From contig CAVYXJ010000012.1 in assembly GCA_963772455.1 (NCBI GenBank), positions 1 through 64,000 on the forward strand: a DNA stretch of 64,000 nucleotides. Direction: 5' to 3'. Below the pieces are notes generated by a model that was not told the DNA's origin, searched no databases, and saw nothing but the letters and a program-made list of their open reading frames with translations. Below, one piece after another: positions 10,640 through 21,580 of the stretch. Source of the DNA: Candidatus Bathyarchaeota archaeon (lineage in GTDB: Archaea; Thermoproteota; Bathyarchaeia; Bathyarchaeales; Bathycorpusculaceae). Made by a program: the position numbers and the translations under genes. The stretch's first letter is position 1; every line of letters starts with the position of its first letter.

Positions 10640-12061
10640 ATGGGAATAATTAGTAGAGCTATAAGAAACATTTCAAGAAGAAAAATACGTGCATTGCTAG
10701 TAATTATCGCTTTAGGCTTTTCGATGGCTATCATGGTTTCAATTCCAGCCGGTGTTATAGCTAATCAGCAGACATCGAGCGCCATGGCATCAAACCTGAG
10801 CAACGTGATTAGCCAAACTAGTGACACGATTAATAAAACAGCAACTCAAATAGACTGCAGTCTTGCGCCGGATCTTTCAGGTTTTGGTTTTGCACCACCT
10901 GATAACGCAGGCGGCGGAGGAACATTCCCAGGTAGGAGCCCTCCACCTGGGTTTGATCCCAGTCAATTTGGAGGTGGCGGAACCGCTGGTCAGTTTGGTG
11001 GTGGAGCATTTGGAGGTGGACAAGCAAATCCAATGAATGAAAGCCTATACACTGATATCAACAGCTCTATCTCTGGTGTGGCAGCTGTTGAGCCGTATCT
11101 TCAAGCCTCTGAAGGAAGCGATCAAACAGTAACCTTTATGGGTCGAAGCTTTACTCGTCAAACAACCGAGTACACTATTGAAGGCATACCATTAACTTCG
11201 AATCTTGTTGATAACTACAATATTCTGCCAACGAACATAACTGCTGGAAGAAACCTTCAGGCCGGCGAAAGTGGGGTTGTCCTGCTTAGTGAAAATAACT
11301 CGGCGTACTTTGGCGTTGGAGTAGGCGATACCGTCAACATTTTGGACCACACCTTCACAGTAGTTGGTATCCATGGATCTTCTTCAGTTTCAGACAGATT
11401 GACACTTTACATGAACCTTTCAGACGCTCAAACAGCAACAAACAACACAGGGTACATAACTAGCCTTCGAGTTTTTGCTACAAGCAGTGACGTGGTCACA
11501 CAGGTAGCTACCTCCATTAGTTCATTGCATTCAGAACTTACAGTTACTACTGACCAAACCCGCTTAAATCAACTTCAAACCCTACAAACAACCTACAGTG
11601 CTCAATTAGCAACTGCCCAAGCATCTAATAGCCAAACATATGCAACTGCTATTGAAGAAATTGTCGTAGTGGTTGTAGCGACTAGCTTGATAGTGCTATT
11701 TGTCATGCTCTACACTGTCAAGGAAAGAACTAAAGAGATTGGCACGCTTAAAGCGATTGGCTTTAGCAACTCTGTTGTGATGAGCCAATTTATGCTTGAA
11801 GGTGTCTTGTTAAGTATGATTGCAGGTGTAGTTGGCATTGTAATAGGCAGCGTAGCAGCACCCACGATTTCATCACTTTTGCTTCCCAGCACTGGACTTT
11901 CAGGGACCATAAGAATCAGCGGATTATCAGTTGCGACTTTGAATCCTGAACTTATACTGGCGTTATTTGGTGCAGCAGTTCTACTTGGAACGTTAGGAAG
12001 CCTATATCCCGCATGGAGAGCAGCAAAAATTAGACCCGCAGAGGCGATGAAATATGAGTAA
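10640..12061 (+). CDS. ABC transporter permease, MacB/FtsX family
   Basis: N-terminal TM, large extracytoplasmic domain, [35 protein letters not shown]. Confidence 0.92.
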   Translation: MGIISRAIRNISRRKIRALLVIIALGFSMAIMVSIPAGVIANQQTSSAMASNLSNVISQTSDTINKTATQIDCSLAPDLSGFGFAPPDNAGGGGTFPGRSPPPGFDPSQFGGGGTAGQFGGGAFGGGQANPMNESLYTDINSSISGVAAVEPYLQASEGSDQTVTFMGRSFTRQTTEYTIEGIPLTSNLVDNYNILPTNITAGRNLQAGESGVVLLSENNSAYFGVGVGDTVNILDHTFTVVGIHGSSSVSDRLTLYMNLSDAQTATNNTGYITSLRVFATSSDVVTQVATSISSLHSELTVTTDQTRLNQLQTLQTTYSAQLATAQASNSQTYATAIEEIVVVVVATSLIVLFVMLYTVKERTKEIGTLKAIGFSNSVVMSQFMLEGVLLSMIAGVVGIVIGSVAAPTISSLLLPSTGLSGTIRISGLSVATLNPELILALFGAAVLLGTLGSLYPAWRAAKIRPAEAMKYE

Positions 12062-12863
12062 ACCCGTACTTCAAATTGAAAATCTAAACAAAACCTACAT
12101 GTTAGGCAAACGTGAAGTCCCCGCACTAAAGGACCTAAATCTTACAGTGAATGCTGGCGAGTTCGTAGCGATCATGGGTCCCTCAGGTTCGGGCAAAACA
12201 ACGCTACTAAACATCATAGGTGCAATCGACAAACCTACAACTGGCAAAGTGCTCTTAGACGGTATAGATGTGGGAAAAATGCCTGAAAACCAACTCTACA
12301 AGATACGCCGAGATAAGATGGGATTCGTATTTCAAACTTTTAATCTGTTGCCATATCTAAGCGCTCGTGAAAACGTCGAGTTACCTATGGAGGGACGAGG
12401 TAAAACAAAGAGCGAACAAAAGAAACGAGCAAGCGAACTCTTAGCTATGGTTGGGCTCTCAGGACGCGAAAATCATCGTCCCCAACGTCTAAGCGCTGGA
12501 GAACAACAACGTGTCGCAATTGCGCGGTCTTTGGCAAATAATCCCGCGTTTATTCTTGCAGATGAGCCGACTGGAAATTTGGATAGTCAAAATAAACAGG
12601 AAATAATCAAACTGTTAGCCAACCTTAACCTGACCCAGGGAACAACTATCATCATGGTTACGCATGATAATCAAGCCGCAAACCATACTGAACGAATGCT
12701 GCTCCTAAAAGACGGAAAAATAATAAAAGAAAAAGAAGGACTGCATATGGCAATGAAGAACAATAAGTGCCCCAACTGCGGCGGCAGCATCAAAACCGGT
12801 GATGATATTTGCCCAATCTGTAAAAAACCGCTTATTGCACCTGAGGAGCCTTTCTCATCCTAA
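12054..12863 (+). CDS. ABC transporter ATP-binding protein (LolD/MacB type) with C-terminal zinc ribbon
   Basis: [32 protein letters not shown]; CPNC...CPIC tail. Confidence 0.93.
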   Translation: MSKPVLQIENLNKTYMLGKREVPALKDLNLTVNAGEFVAIMGPSGSGKTTLLNIIGAIDKPTTGKVLLDGIDVGKMPENQLYKIRRDKMGFVFQTFNLLPYLSARENVELPMEGRGKTKSEQKKRASELLAMVGLSGRENHRPQRLSAGEQQRVAIARSLANNPAFILADEPTGNLDSQNKQEIIKLLANLNLTQGTTIIMVTHDNQAANHTERMLLLKDGKIIKEKEGLHMAMKNNKCPNCGGSIKTGDDICPICKKPLIAPEEPFSS

Positions 12864-12891
12864 AAGACGAAAATGCTAAATATGGTTTAAT

Positions 12892-14133
12892 TTGAGGTTT
12901 TTTATGGAATCCTCCCCATTGCCCTCATCTTCTCCGTCTTCTATCCCTGCTCTTCCCCCTCCGCCAAAAAAGCGCAAGCGTCTTTCAGCTGTTTTGATCG
13001 TTGCTATTTTGCTCGTAGGTTTATTTGCAGGAGGCTTCATCGGCTTTGAAATAACATATTCAGACTTTAATCAAAAACTCAGCAACCTTCAGAGCCAAAT
13101 AGGGCTCACGCAAGGTTCAGACAACGCTTCACAGCAAACATACCTCTTAAACGATAATGTTTCACTATCAAGCCTATACCAGCAAGTAAAGTCCTCGGTG
13201 GTAGTAGTTCAAGACCTTGTTCCCCAGCGCAATTTCTTTGGAGGACTTTCAGGCTACAGTATTCAGCAAGGTTCAGGATTCATAACAAGAGTAAACAACC
13301 AATTAGTCATCGTTACCAACAACCACGTAGTCCAAGATGCAATCAACGAAACCATAACGTTTGCAAACGGAGACTCTTATCCCGCAACAGTTTTAGGTTC
13401 TGATCCCCAAGCTGACCTAGCCGTACTTACAATAACTCCAATGCCAACTGGTTTAACTGCTCTATTGCTAGTTAGCTCCGATAATTTACTAGTAGGAGAA
13501 CCAGTTGTGGCTGTCGGTTCCCCCTATGGTTTATCCGGAACATTAACTACAGGCGTAATCAGTGCACTTGGAAGAACCATAACCGAAGATTCCTCAAATC
13601 AAAATGGTCAAACCATAGCTGACATTATCCAAACATCAACAGCCATCAACCCAGGCAACTCTGGAGGTCCATTACTCACATACGGCGGTGAAGTCGTCGG
13701 TATCACTACAGCGGGAATTAGCAACTCTCAGAGTTTAGGCTTTGCAATTCCATCTGACACAATAATGCGAGAACTTAATTCATTAGTTACTACAGGCTCG
13801 TATACGCAACATCCATCATTGAATGCAATTGGAACTGACATGAACTACCAAATTGCTCAAGCCATGGGATCCAGCGTCACATACGGATGGCTAGTTGAGA
13901 GCGTTTCAACTCAGAATGGCCTAAAAGGAGGCAACACCCAATCATCCATCCTTGGCTCAAGAGTAATCATTGGAGGAGACATCATAACAGCCATAAACGG
14001 CGCAAGAATAACCAACACAGACGATTTGTTATCTTATCTCGAACAACACACCCTACCCGGACAAACCGTTAACTTTACAGTTGTTCGTGCCGGACAAATC
14101 CAAACAGTTGAGGTAACCATAGGAAAAGCTTAA
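12892..14133 (+). CDS. htrA: HtrA/DegP-like serine protease with PDZ domain
   Basis: VTNNHVV, DLAVL, INPGNSGGPL triad motifs; C-terminal PDZ (GGDIITAING). Confidence 0.92.
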   Translation: MRFFMESSPLPSSSPSSIPALPPPPKKRKRLSAVLIVAILLVGLFAGGFIGFEITYSDFNQKLSNLQSQIGLTQGSDNASQQTYLLNDNVSLSSLYQQVKSSVVVVQDLVPQRNFFGGLSGYSIQQGSGFITRVNNQLVIVTNNHVVQDAINETITFANGDSYPATVLGSDPQADLAVLTITPMPTGLTALLLVSSDNLLVGEPVVAVGSPYGLSGTLTTGVISALGRTITEDSSNQNGQTIADIIQTSTAINPGNSGGPLLTYGGEVVGITTAGISNSQSLGFAIPSDTIMRELNSLVTTGSYTQHPSLNAIGTDMNYQIAQAMGSSVTYGWLVESVSTQNGLKGGNTQSSILGSRVIIGGDIITAINGARITNTDDLLSYLEQHTLPGQTVNFTVVRAGQIQTVEVTIGKA

Positions 14134-14326
14134 CATCCAAAATATCACTAATTAAAACTCGACCCGAATTTTTCAACAACGACCAACTAACCGTCAAACG
14201 CGATTTTACAAATTACACCAACAATAGCAATCAAACAAAATCCGTCTCAAACAAAAGGCTTCATTTTGCCTTTCAATGTTTTGCAGTCGCTATTTTTATA
14301 AGCTCAACGCTTGAATAAGGTTTTTC

Positions 14327-15112
14327 ATGCAAGCTGAATTTGGAGTAATCGGTGGAACAGGTCTCTACGACCCTAAACTTCTCAAAAACATCGAGGAATT
14401 AACGGTTGAAACCCCCTACGGCAAACCCTCAGACACAATAACGGTTGGCGAACTAGGCGGCAAAAACGTAGCGTTTCTGCCAAGACATGGAAAAAAACAT
14501 ACGATACGTCCAACAGACATCAATGTCCGAGCCAACATTTACGCTCTTAAAAAACTCGGAGTTAAACGAATACTGGCGCCCTCAACTGTTGGTTCATTAC
14601 GCGAAGAATATCACCCAGGCGAAATTGCCTTTGTTGATCAATTCATCGACCGAACAACAAGACGCGAACAATCATTCTACACTGAAGGCAAGGTTTGCCA
14701 TATATCAGTTGCAGAACCCATGTGCCCAGAACTTAGAAAAACCATAATTTCCGTTGCCAAAACCATGGGTATCAAATTTCATGAGACAGGTACTTACGTC
14801 TGTATCGAAGGACCCCGATTTTCTAGCAAAGCAGAATCCAAACTTTATCATCAATGGGGAGCTGATGTTGTAGGAATGACATTGGTTCCAGAATGCGTTT
14901 TAGCACGTGAAGCCGAAATTTGCTACGCAAACATATCTACAGTAACCGACTACGACGTTTGGAAAGATCACGTCGTCTGTGTCGACGACATTTTAGCTAC
15001 AATGAAGAAAAACGTTGAAAACCTCAAGCAGATAATCGCCCAAACCATAAGCAAAATGCCCGTCGAATGCGGTTGTTCATGTAATCAAGCTTTGAAAGGA
15101 GCATTCGTTTAG
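14327..15112 (+). CDS. mtnP: S-methyl-5'-thioadenosine phosphorylase
   Basis: GVIGGTG, LPRHGKKH, EGPRFSSKAES, GMT, VTDYD. Confidence 0.93.
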   Translation: MQAEFGVIGGTGLYDPKLLKNIEELTVETPYGKPSDTITVGELGGKNVAFLPRHGKKHTIRPTDINVRANIYALKKLGVKRILAPSTVGSLREEYHPGEIAFVDQFIDRTTRREQSFYTEGKVCHISVAEPMCPELRKTIISVAKTMGIKFHETGTYVCIEGPRFSSKAESKLYHQWGADVVGMTLVPECVLAREAEICYANISTVTDYDVWKDHVVCVDDILATMKKNVENLKQIIAQTISKMPVECGCSCNQALKGAFV

Positions 15113-15125
15113 GAGATAATTAACA

Positions 15126-15671
15126 ATGAATAAAACTGACAAAACCATAGACCCAAAAACTAAGATCCGAAGAATCCCCGAATTCAAAGGTGTAGTCTTC
15201 TGGGATATAACTCCCCTTCTAAAAGACAAGCAATGCTTCAACGAATGCATAAAGAAATTAGCTGCACACTACAAAGGTAAACCAATCGATGTCATAGTTT
15301 CAAATGAGGCAAGAGGCTTCATTATCGGAGCTCCATTAGCCTACGAATTAGGTGTGGGATTTGTTCCAATACGCAAAAAAGGCAAATTACCCTACAAATG
15401 CGTTGATTTAACCTACAATAAAGAATACGAATGCGACACAATACAAATCCACCAAGATGCCATAGAAAAAGGACAAAACGTTTTACTCATTGACGATTTA
15501 TTGGCAACTGGCGGAACTGCTAAAGCAAACATCGAATTAGTGGAAAAGTTAGGTGGCAAAGTTGTTGGCTTAGGGTTCCTCATTGAACTAAGCTATTTAG
15601 ATGGCAGAAAAACAATCGGCACTAAACACGAGGTTTTCTCATTAATCAATTTGAAAACCACAAACACCTAA
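15126..15671 (+). CDS. apt: adenine phosphoribosyltransferase
   Basis: FWDITPLL, EARGF, IRKKGKLP, LLIDDLLATGGT. Confidence 0.93.
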   Translation: MNKTDKTIDPKTKIRRIPEFKGVVFWDITPLLKDKQCFNECIKKLAAHYKGKPIDVIVSNEARGFIIGAPLAYELGVGFVPIRKKGKLPYKCVDLTYNKEYECDTIQIHQDAIEKGQNVLLIDDLLATGGTAKANIELVEKLGGKVVGLGFLIELSYLDGRKTIGTKHEVFSLINLKTTNT

Positions 15672-15839
15672 AAATAAACCATATCATATTAGTTTGACTT
15701 TAGCAAAAAAGTCAACCTCCAACTTTCTATTTGTATAGAATCATTTGTTGTAGTGACATAGCAGCAACGTAAATTTAATAGTTCCAAATCGATTAATTGG
15801 TTAAGAATATTAAGTTAGTTTTTATGAGGATGATCTTTT

Positions 15840-16142
15840 ATGGAAACTGTTTTTGTAGGGATAGGAACAGAAATTAGCAGCAATTTTTCTGAAGAAAAAA
15901 TATCCAACAATCCTAAGAGAAGCGCTTTTGTTTTTATAACTGCCGAATCCGATAATAGCAACGCAGCAATTGAAGACTTGAAAAAGATCGATGAAGTTAA
16001 AGAGGTCTACATTGCTCATGGAGCGTATGATATCATAGCTAAAGTAAGCGGTTCATCTTTTGATAACCTTCGTGAAATAATTCATAAACGGATAGGACAT
16101 CTAAGCAGCATCAAATCAACTTTGACTCTGACTCTTATCTAA
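15840..16142 (+). CDS. Lrp/AsnC ligand-binding (RAM) domain protein
   Basis: AFVFI...EVYIAHGAYDIIAKV...IKSTLTL. Confidence 0.82.
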   Translation: METVFVGIGTEISSNFSEEKISNNPKRSAFVFITAESDNSNAAIEDLKKIDEVKEVYIAHGAYDIIAKVSGSSFDNLREIIHKRIGHLSSIKSTLTLTLI

Positions 16143-16308
16143 TCAAAACATCATCAATTAGTTGGGAAATAAAAAAAAATAGTTTCTAGCACTGTTTAGA
16201 TAATTCCATTGATTGCTCAGCCTATGAGTAGTCTAAATGTCCAAAAGAGAAAAACGCCATAATACTTTATAAAATCCTTTTAACAATTAGTTATTAGGAC
16301 GTGAATTT

Positions 16309-16572
16309 TTGACAACATACATGATTAACTCAGCTATCTTAAAATCTGGAAAAGACCCTAAAGCCTGTGCTCAAGGAGCAGCAAAAATGCTTGCTAAAGG
16401 AAAAATCAAAGGAATTGAATTGAAAGCTTGCTATTGTTGCGAATCAGAAAACCGTGTTTCATTCCTTGTTGATGGCCCAAGCGAAGAAGCAGTATTGCGT
16501 GTGGTACAAGAACAACTAGATATTCCAGTTGCTTCAATAATGGAAGCTGAAGAAGTCTCAGTTATACCTTAA
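16309..16572 (+). CDS. small ferredoxin-like-fold hypothetical protein (DUF3303/DUF4242-like)
   Basis: 87 aa, FLVDGPSEEAVLR pattern. Confidence 0.5.
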   Translation: MTTYMINSAILKSGKDPKACAQGAAKMLAKGKIKGIELKACYCCESENRVSFLVDGPSEEAVLRVVQEQLDIPVASIMEAEEVSVIP

Positions 16573-16649
16573 ACCAAAACATTTTAGAGACGTAAGTCTC
16601 AACATAATTTTTTTCTCTCCTTATTATTTTAGTAAGAATCCAAAAAAAT

Positions 16650-17192
16650 TTAGGTTTTAGCTGCTTTCTGGTAAACTTCAAGATCCCTTTCAGAAAACAA
16701 AATAAAACTGACTTTTTCAAGGTTATCTTCTTTTCTCAAAAAATCTTTAACTGCAGCTAAAGCTATGCGGCTGGCTTCTTCAATTGGGTAACCATAAGCT
16801 CCTGTGCTAATTGATGGAAATGCAACAGTTTTCAAGCCATTGGTAACAGCAAGCTTCAATGAACTTCTGTAAGCCTGCTTTAAAAGCTTAGATTCTTCGT
16901 GAAAGCCTCCTCGCCAAATTGGGCCAACTGTGTGTATAACGTGTTTGGCTTTGAGGTTACCCCCAGAAGTAATTGCTGCACAACCGGTAGGTAAACCATC
17001 AGGCCATTCTGTTGCCCGTAAACGTTTGCATTCCTCAAGGATTCGAGGTCCACCTTTACGATGAATAGCTCCATCAACACCTCCCCCACCAAGAAGAGTC
17101 GAGTTAGCCGCGTTAACTATAGCATCAGCTTCAACTTCTGTAAGGTCGCCCTTAACAAGTTCTAACTTGGCATTTCCAACTTGAAATTCCAT
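16650..17192 (-). CDS. macro domain O-acetyl-ADP-ribose deacetylase (YmdB-like)
   Basis: GDLT, AIVNAANSTLLGGGGVDGAIH, VIHTVGP, FPSISTGAYG. Confidence 0.93.
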   Translation of the reverse strand: MEFQVGNAKLELVKGDLTEVEADAIVNAANSTLLGGGGVDGAIHRKGGPRILEECKRLRATEWPDGLPTGCAAITSGGNLKAKHVIHTVGPIWRGGFHEESKLLKQAYRSSLKLAVTNGLKTVAFPSISTGAYGYPIEEASRIALAAVKDFLRKEDNLEKVSFILFSERDLEVYQKAAKT

Positions 17193-17220
17193 AATTACCT
17201 TACCTCAAAAGCCTATTTAA

Positions 17221-17829
17221 CTATACTAACAACGACCACAAAGCTGAACCCATAAAATAAGCTCCAAAACCAATGAATACTGACACACAAAACAGCGTAA
17301 TTCCCAGTCGAATGCGCTGAGTAAAGAAACGCTGCGACTTAAAAATCAACAAAGCCACCACAGTGTACCATGAGAAGTCAGCCAGCCAATGAACCCCTGC
17401 GAAAATTGAAAACCCTAACAATCCAAAAAGTTTAGCGTTCAAAATAAGTGTTGTACCGATGGTTAGCCACCACAAAATGAAACCTGCGTTTGCTGCCGTA
17501 GTCCAAACTCCTGCAAGCACTGAATCTCTCTTCAAACTTGCGGTTGTCTTTTCTTGATTATTTCTACTTCTAAATGCTTGCACCCCCATGAAAATCATTA
17601 AGAAACCACCGACTAAACCAACCGCAGCCTTCACCGTATTGGGAATAATAAATTGGCTCAAAATAAAGAAAATTAGAAACATTAGAGGAAACTCTACAAT
17701 TCCATGACCGATTGCAATCAATGCTCCAGAAAACTTGCTTTTTGCAGCCTTCTTAAGTGTAATAGCGAACAGTGGTCCAGGCATTAAAACTCCTGAAAGT
17801 GAGATAAGTAAAACTGAAGCCAAGAACAA
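17221..17829 (-). CDS. LysE family translocator
   Basis: SLSGVLMPGPLF, GHGIVE, NAGFILWWLTIG. Confidence 0.88.
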   Translation of the reverse strand: MFLASVLLISLSGVLMPGPLFAITLKKAAKSKFSGALIAIGHGIVEFPLMFLIFFILSQFIIPNTVKAAVGLVGGFLMIFMGVQAFRSRNNQEKTTASLKRDSVLAGVWTTAANAGFILWWLTIGTTLILNAKLFGLLGFSIFAGVHWLADFSWYTVVALLIFKSQRFFTQRIRLGITLFCVSVFIGFGAYFMGSALWSLLV

Positions 17830-17951
17830 ATAGAAATCAGTAATAAACTCCGAGCTTCAATCCCCCAAATATGATGCTTTACATCATTTTTGCATGGTTC
17901 GCTATAAGCATTTCAGGTTTCTGTATACAAAAGCATCTCCCAAACACAGAG

Positions 17952-18521
17952 CTAATCGCATTTTTTGTCTTTTAAAAGCTCATTCTGCATCTTAACAATT
18001 TCAGTACTATCTTTGGCATTCACATAATTATCTAGGAATATCCCGTTTAGTTCAAAAAACGTATGTCCCCAAGTAAAGATGGATAAAAGCTGTTCTGACT
18101 CTTCTTTAAATCCTGCAATATATAATGCAGCGGCTATTGCTTCAGCCGTTGTCAATTTCGTAAGTTTACCAAAATTTACTGGGTTGCCTGCAATCAGAAT
18201 AGGTAAACAGCGGCTAGTTCCTTTCACATGTATTTGCATAACTTTTTGGGCATGTTCCCAACTGCAGTCAAGAGCTGCCAAACCAAAATCTGCAACACGC
18301 TGTCTATCTGAAGGTGAAAACGCTATTTCTGAGAAAGGGTTGAGAACTATTGCACGGTTGGGCAAAAAACGTATACTTGAAACAACTCTTGCAAATCCAC
18401 GCCTCTTTAAGCGAAGTCCAGTACATTTTTTGCGATCACATTGATTAGCATGATAAATGGTGAGTCTTGGAAAAGAGGCAGGAAGAGGCTGTGTTTCTAG
18501 TTCACTGTCCACTTGATTCAT
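17952..18521 (-). CDS. tsr3: 16S rRNA aminocarboxypropyltransferase Tsr3 (DUF367)
   Basis: QCDRKKCTG, LDCSW, LPILIAGNPVNFGKLTKLTTAEA, FTWGHTFFELN. Confidence 0.93.
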   Translation of the reverse strand: MNQVDSELETQPLPASFPRLTIYHANQCDRKKCTGLRLKRRGFARVVSSIRFLPNRAIVLNPFSEIAFSPSDRQRVADFGLAALDCSWEHAQKVMQIHVKGTSRCLPILIAGNPVNFGKLTKLTTAEAIAAALYIAGFKEESEQLLSIFTWGHTFFELNGIFLDNYVNAKDSTEIVKMQNELLKDKKCD

Positions 18522-20043
18522 TCACCTTTAATTTACCCATTGGATCTTCAAAAACACGGGGAATCCAATCTATGATATCAGTTGCAACCATATGAAATCC
18601 AATCTCGTCTGCAACATGGTCGCCTGCAGCACCATTCACATATGTTCCTGCCACAGCTGCTGTGAACGCATCAACTTTCTGTGCCATCAAACCTCCAACA
18701 ATGCCGCTGAGAACATCGCCTGTTCCACCAACAGTCATGCCAGCATTACCCGTGAAATTCAATTTTACCTTATCACCATTGCATATTAGGTCTACTTTTC
18801 CTTTTACCAAAATCACTGCATTCAGTTTCTTGGCGGTCTTCTGTATCGCTAAAATACGTTCCTCCTGATTTTCAGGCAACACTTCACTTGTTAAGATATT
18901 GTATTCACCGGCATGAGGCGTTAATACAAGAGGCACTTTTAGTTGCCGTTTGAATTTTGCAAAGGCTTTTAATGCATCAGCATCTAAAAGTAGCGGTTTC
19001 TTCGCTTTTTCAACTTCATCCACGCATACTTTTACAAATTTTACTGTTTCAGGATTTAAACCCAATCCTGGACCCATAACAACTGCATCAACCATAGCTA
19101 AGTATGGTTTGAGCGTTTCCATATTGGCAGGATTAAGGTTGTTCCCCTCAAGCTTTATAGTTATCAAATCAGGGGACATTGATGAAATTGCCAAAGCCGT
19201 TTTTGCCGGGGCAGCAAGATAAACAATATCTACGCCTGTTCGCATAGCAGCCAACGAAACCAATGTTGGCGCACCCGAGTATACTTCACTTCCACCTATA
19301 ACAAGCACTCTTCCGAAATCCCCCTTATGAGAAGTTGGGTTTCTGGGTTTAGTTGCAAAGTAAACATCGCCAGGACCTGCGAAACGTTCTATTTCTGAGG
19401 GTAAACCAATATCTGCCACGACTAAATCGCCAACATATTTCTTGGCTTTATCCAGACCAGGTTTCTCTTTATGAAAAGTTATGGTAAGATCTGCTTTTAC
19501 AGCAGTTCCCAAGACTTCACCCGAATCTGAATCTATGCCCGTTGGGACATCAACGGCGATTTTGAATCCACTTAGACTGTTAATATAATTAACTGCCTGA
19601 GTTATTGGCGGTTTCAATTTTCCTTTGGTACCCGTTCCAAGCAAAGCATCAACAACTATGCCCACATTAACTTTAGGTATAAGAGAACTGTCAGTAACTT
19701 CATTTACAACAATTTTATTCTGAAGTGATTGCAGAATAAGCCAGTTGCTCATTGCCGCTTCATGATTAATATCGCGTCCTTTGCCCATTAAAACAACAGT
19801 TACTTCAAAATCTGCGGCTAAAAGGTGTCTAGCAACAACAAAGCCGTCACCGCCGTTTCCTCCCAAACCACAGAAAACCACAGCTTTCTTATTCTTTTGA
19901 AAACGTGTAGCGATTTCTTGAGCGACGCTGCGTCCAGCATTCTCCATTAACTGAAGCAAACTAACACCAAAATATTGCGCATTGACTTCTAGGGCACGCA
20001 TTTCAATACTTGTAATGGTTGGGTTTTTGTTTTTGGATTGCAT
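18502..20043 (-). CDS. nnr: bifunctional NAD(P)HX epimerase/dehydratase
   Basis: LMENAG, GLGGNGGDG, HKGDFGRVLVIGGS, TPHAGE, MTVGGTGDVL. Confidence 0.94.
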   Translation of the reverse strand: MQSKNKNPTITSIEMRALEVNAQYFGVSLLQLMENAGRSVAQEIATRFQKNKKAVVFCGLGGNGGDGFVVARHLLAADFEVTVVLMGKGRDINHEAAMSNWLILQSLQNKIVVNEVTDSSLIPKVNVGIVVDALLGTGTKGKLKPPITQAVNYINSLSGFKIAVDVPTGIDSDSGEVLGTAVKADLTITFHKEKPGLDKAKKYVGDLVVADIGLPSEIERFAGPGDVYFATKPRNPTSHKGDFGRVLVIGGSEVYSGAPTLVSLAAMRTGVDIVYLAAPAKTALAISSMSPDLITIKLEGNNLNPANMETLKPYLAMVDAVVMGPGLGLNPETVKFVKVCVDEVEKAKKPLLLDADALKAFAKFKRQLKVPLVLTPHAGEYNILTSEVLPENQEERILAIQKTAKKLNAVILVKGKVDLICNGDKVKLNFTGNAGMTVGGTGDVLSGIVGGLMAQKVDAFTAAVAGTYVNGAAGDHVADEIGFHMVATDIIDWIPRVFEDPMGKLKVNESSGQ

Positions 20044-20842
20044 TTTTGAAGCCTTGATATCTAATTTGTCCGTTAAGAAATAAGGCTATCCTTAAGTCGT
20101 ATACAAAAGCATCGACCAACCAACAAATTTTTTATTTCTTTATTAATTAACCAGCAAAGAAATGCAAAAACACCGAAATATTACGAACCTTAAATATACG
20201 TGAAAACATTAAACAGAAAATAGACCACAGGCCAAGAGAGTAATCGGTTCTTAATCGATAACTTCAGGGTTAAAAGCCAATAAGACACCAATTCACTAGA
20301 AAAAGCTCACTATACTGCGTTTTAGTTCTTAATCTTCCTCCGTATTACCAAAAAATATTCTTTATAATGAATCCCAAATTGAATTTTTAGAATTCTCTGA
20401 CAGATTTTAGCCAAGAATTATGGTTTGAAAGGTAATTTTTAGATAGCAATAATTTTTTTGATTGTAGATTGCAAACTTTATGACTTTTTCAGTTTAAATT
20501 TTTAAGTAAAAAAGGAGATTATTAGTTTTAGGGTTCACAATCGCTCTTAAGTGTTCACGAAAAATAATCGAACGTTCATTTTTTACATTAAATAGTTAAA
20601 AAAACAGATGGATCATCTGTTAAAATGATATAAAATAGTTTAATTATCCATGCTTTGCCATTTGTTTCAGGGTTACGATTTACGAAATGAATAATCTAAA
20701 ATCAAAAATATCTCACTCTAACAAAAATCTTAATTACCTTTTCCGTATGCATTTAAAATTCAGCAAAAAAGTTTATCCACATCGCTACTCTTAATTAAAT
20801 TAGGCTTAGTAGAATACTTAAGCTCAAAAAATTTTTTGAAAA

Positions 20843-21580
20843 ATGGTGACTTATTTGAGCAAAAAATTAATTATACAAAATACAGATACCCTTTTGATAA
20901 CTGATATACAAAACGATTTCTTACCAGGCGGAGCTTTACCCATTGATAACGGCGACGAAATCATACCCGTTATAAATGATTACATTAAAAATTTTAGTGA
21001 CGCTAAAGCTCATATTATTGCCTCCAGAGATTGGCATCCAAATAATCATGTTTCGTTTAACACTCAAGGTGGTTCATGGCCACCTCATTGCATAAAGGAG
21101 ACAAACGGTGCAAAATTTAGTCCTGCCTTAAAGCTGCCTGAACAAACACTAGTTATTTCGAAAGCAACTGAACCTTCAAGTGAGAGTTATTCTGTTTTTG
21201 ATGGCACAATCTTAGCTAACGAGCTGAAACGATTAGGTACAAAACGGTTGTTTATTGGAGGTTTTGCCACAGATTACTGCGTTGTTAACACAGTTCTTGA
21301 TGCACGAAAACTCGGACTTGAAACAATTGTGTTTATGGATGCAACTCTAGGAATAAACGTTAATCCTGGCGACGTAGAAGCCGCTATCCAAACAATGGTA
21401 TCAAACGGTGCTTTGCAAGCAACAATTGAAGATTTTCCAGAAGCAGTGGATGCTTTGCCTTTAGAAGAAACTCAACCTGATGAACTGGCAGAAAAACCTT
21501 CACTGAGGGCTGAAATTAAGAAAAAAGCTCGAATGCGTCCCAAGGGTTCAGCAAAACGAATCAGAACAGAACACGGCTAA
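20843..21580 (+). CDS. pncA: nicotinamidase/pyrazinamidase
   Basis: DIQNDFLPGGAL, DWHP, WPPHC, GGFATDYCV; charged C-terminal extension. Confidence 0.9.
   Translation: MVTYLSKKLIIQNTDTLLITDIQNDFLPGGALPIDNGDEIIPVINDYIKNFSDAKAHIIASRDWHPNNHVSFNTQGGSWPPHCIKETNGAKFSPALKLPEQTLVISKATEPSSESYSVFDGTILANELKRLGTKRLFIGGFATDYCVVNTVLDARKLGLETIVFMDATLGINVNPGDVEAAIQTMVSNGALQATIEDFPEAVDALPLEETQPDELAEKPSLRAEIKKKARMRPKGSAKRIRTEHG

Noticed and set aside
20195-20210. parS-like tatacgtgaaaaca
   Set aside because: Only a partial match to TGTTTCACGTGAAACA and not palindromic.
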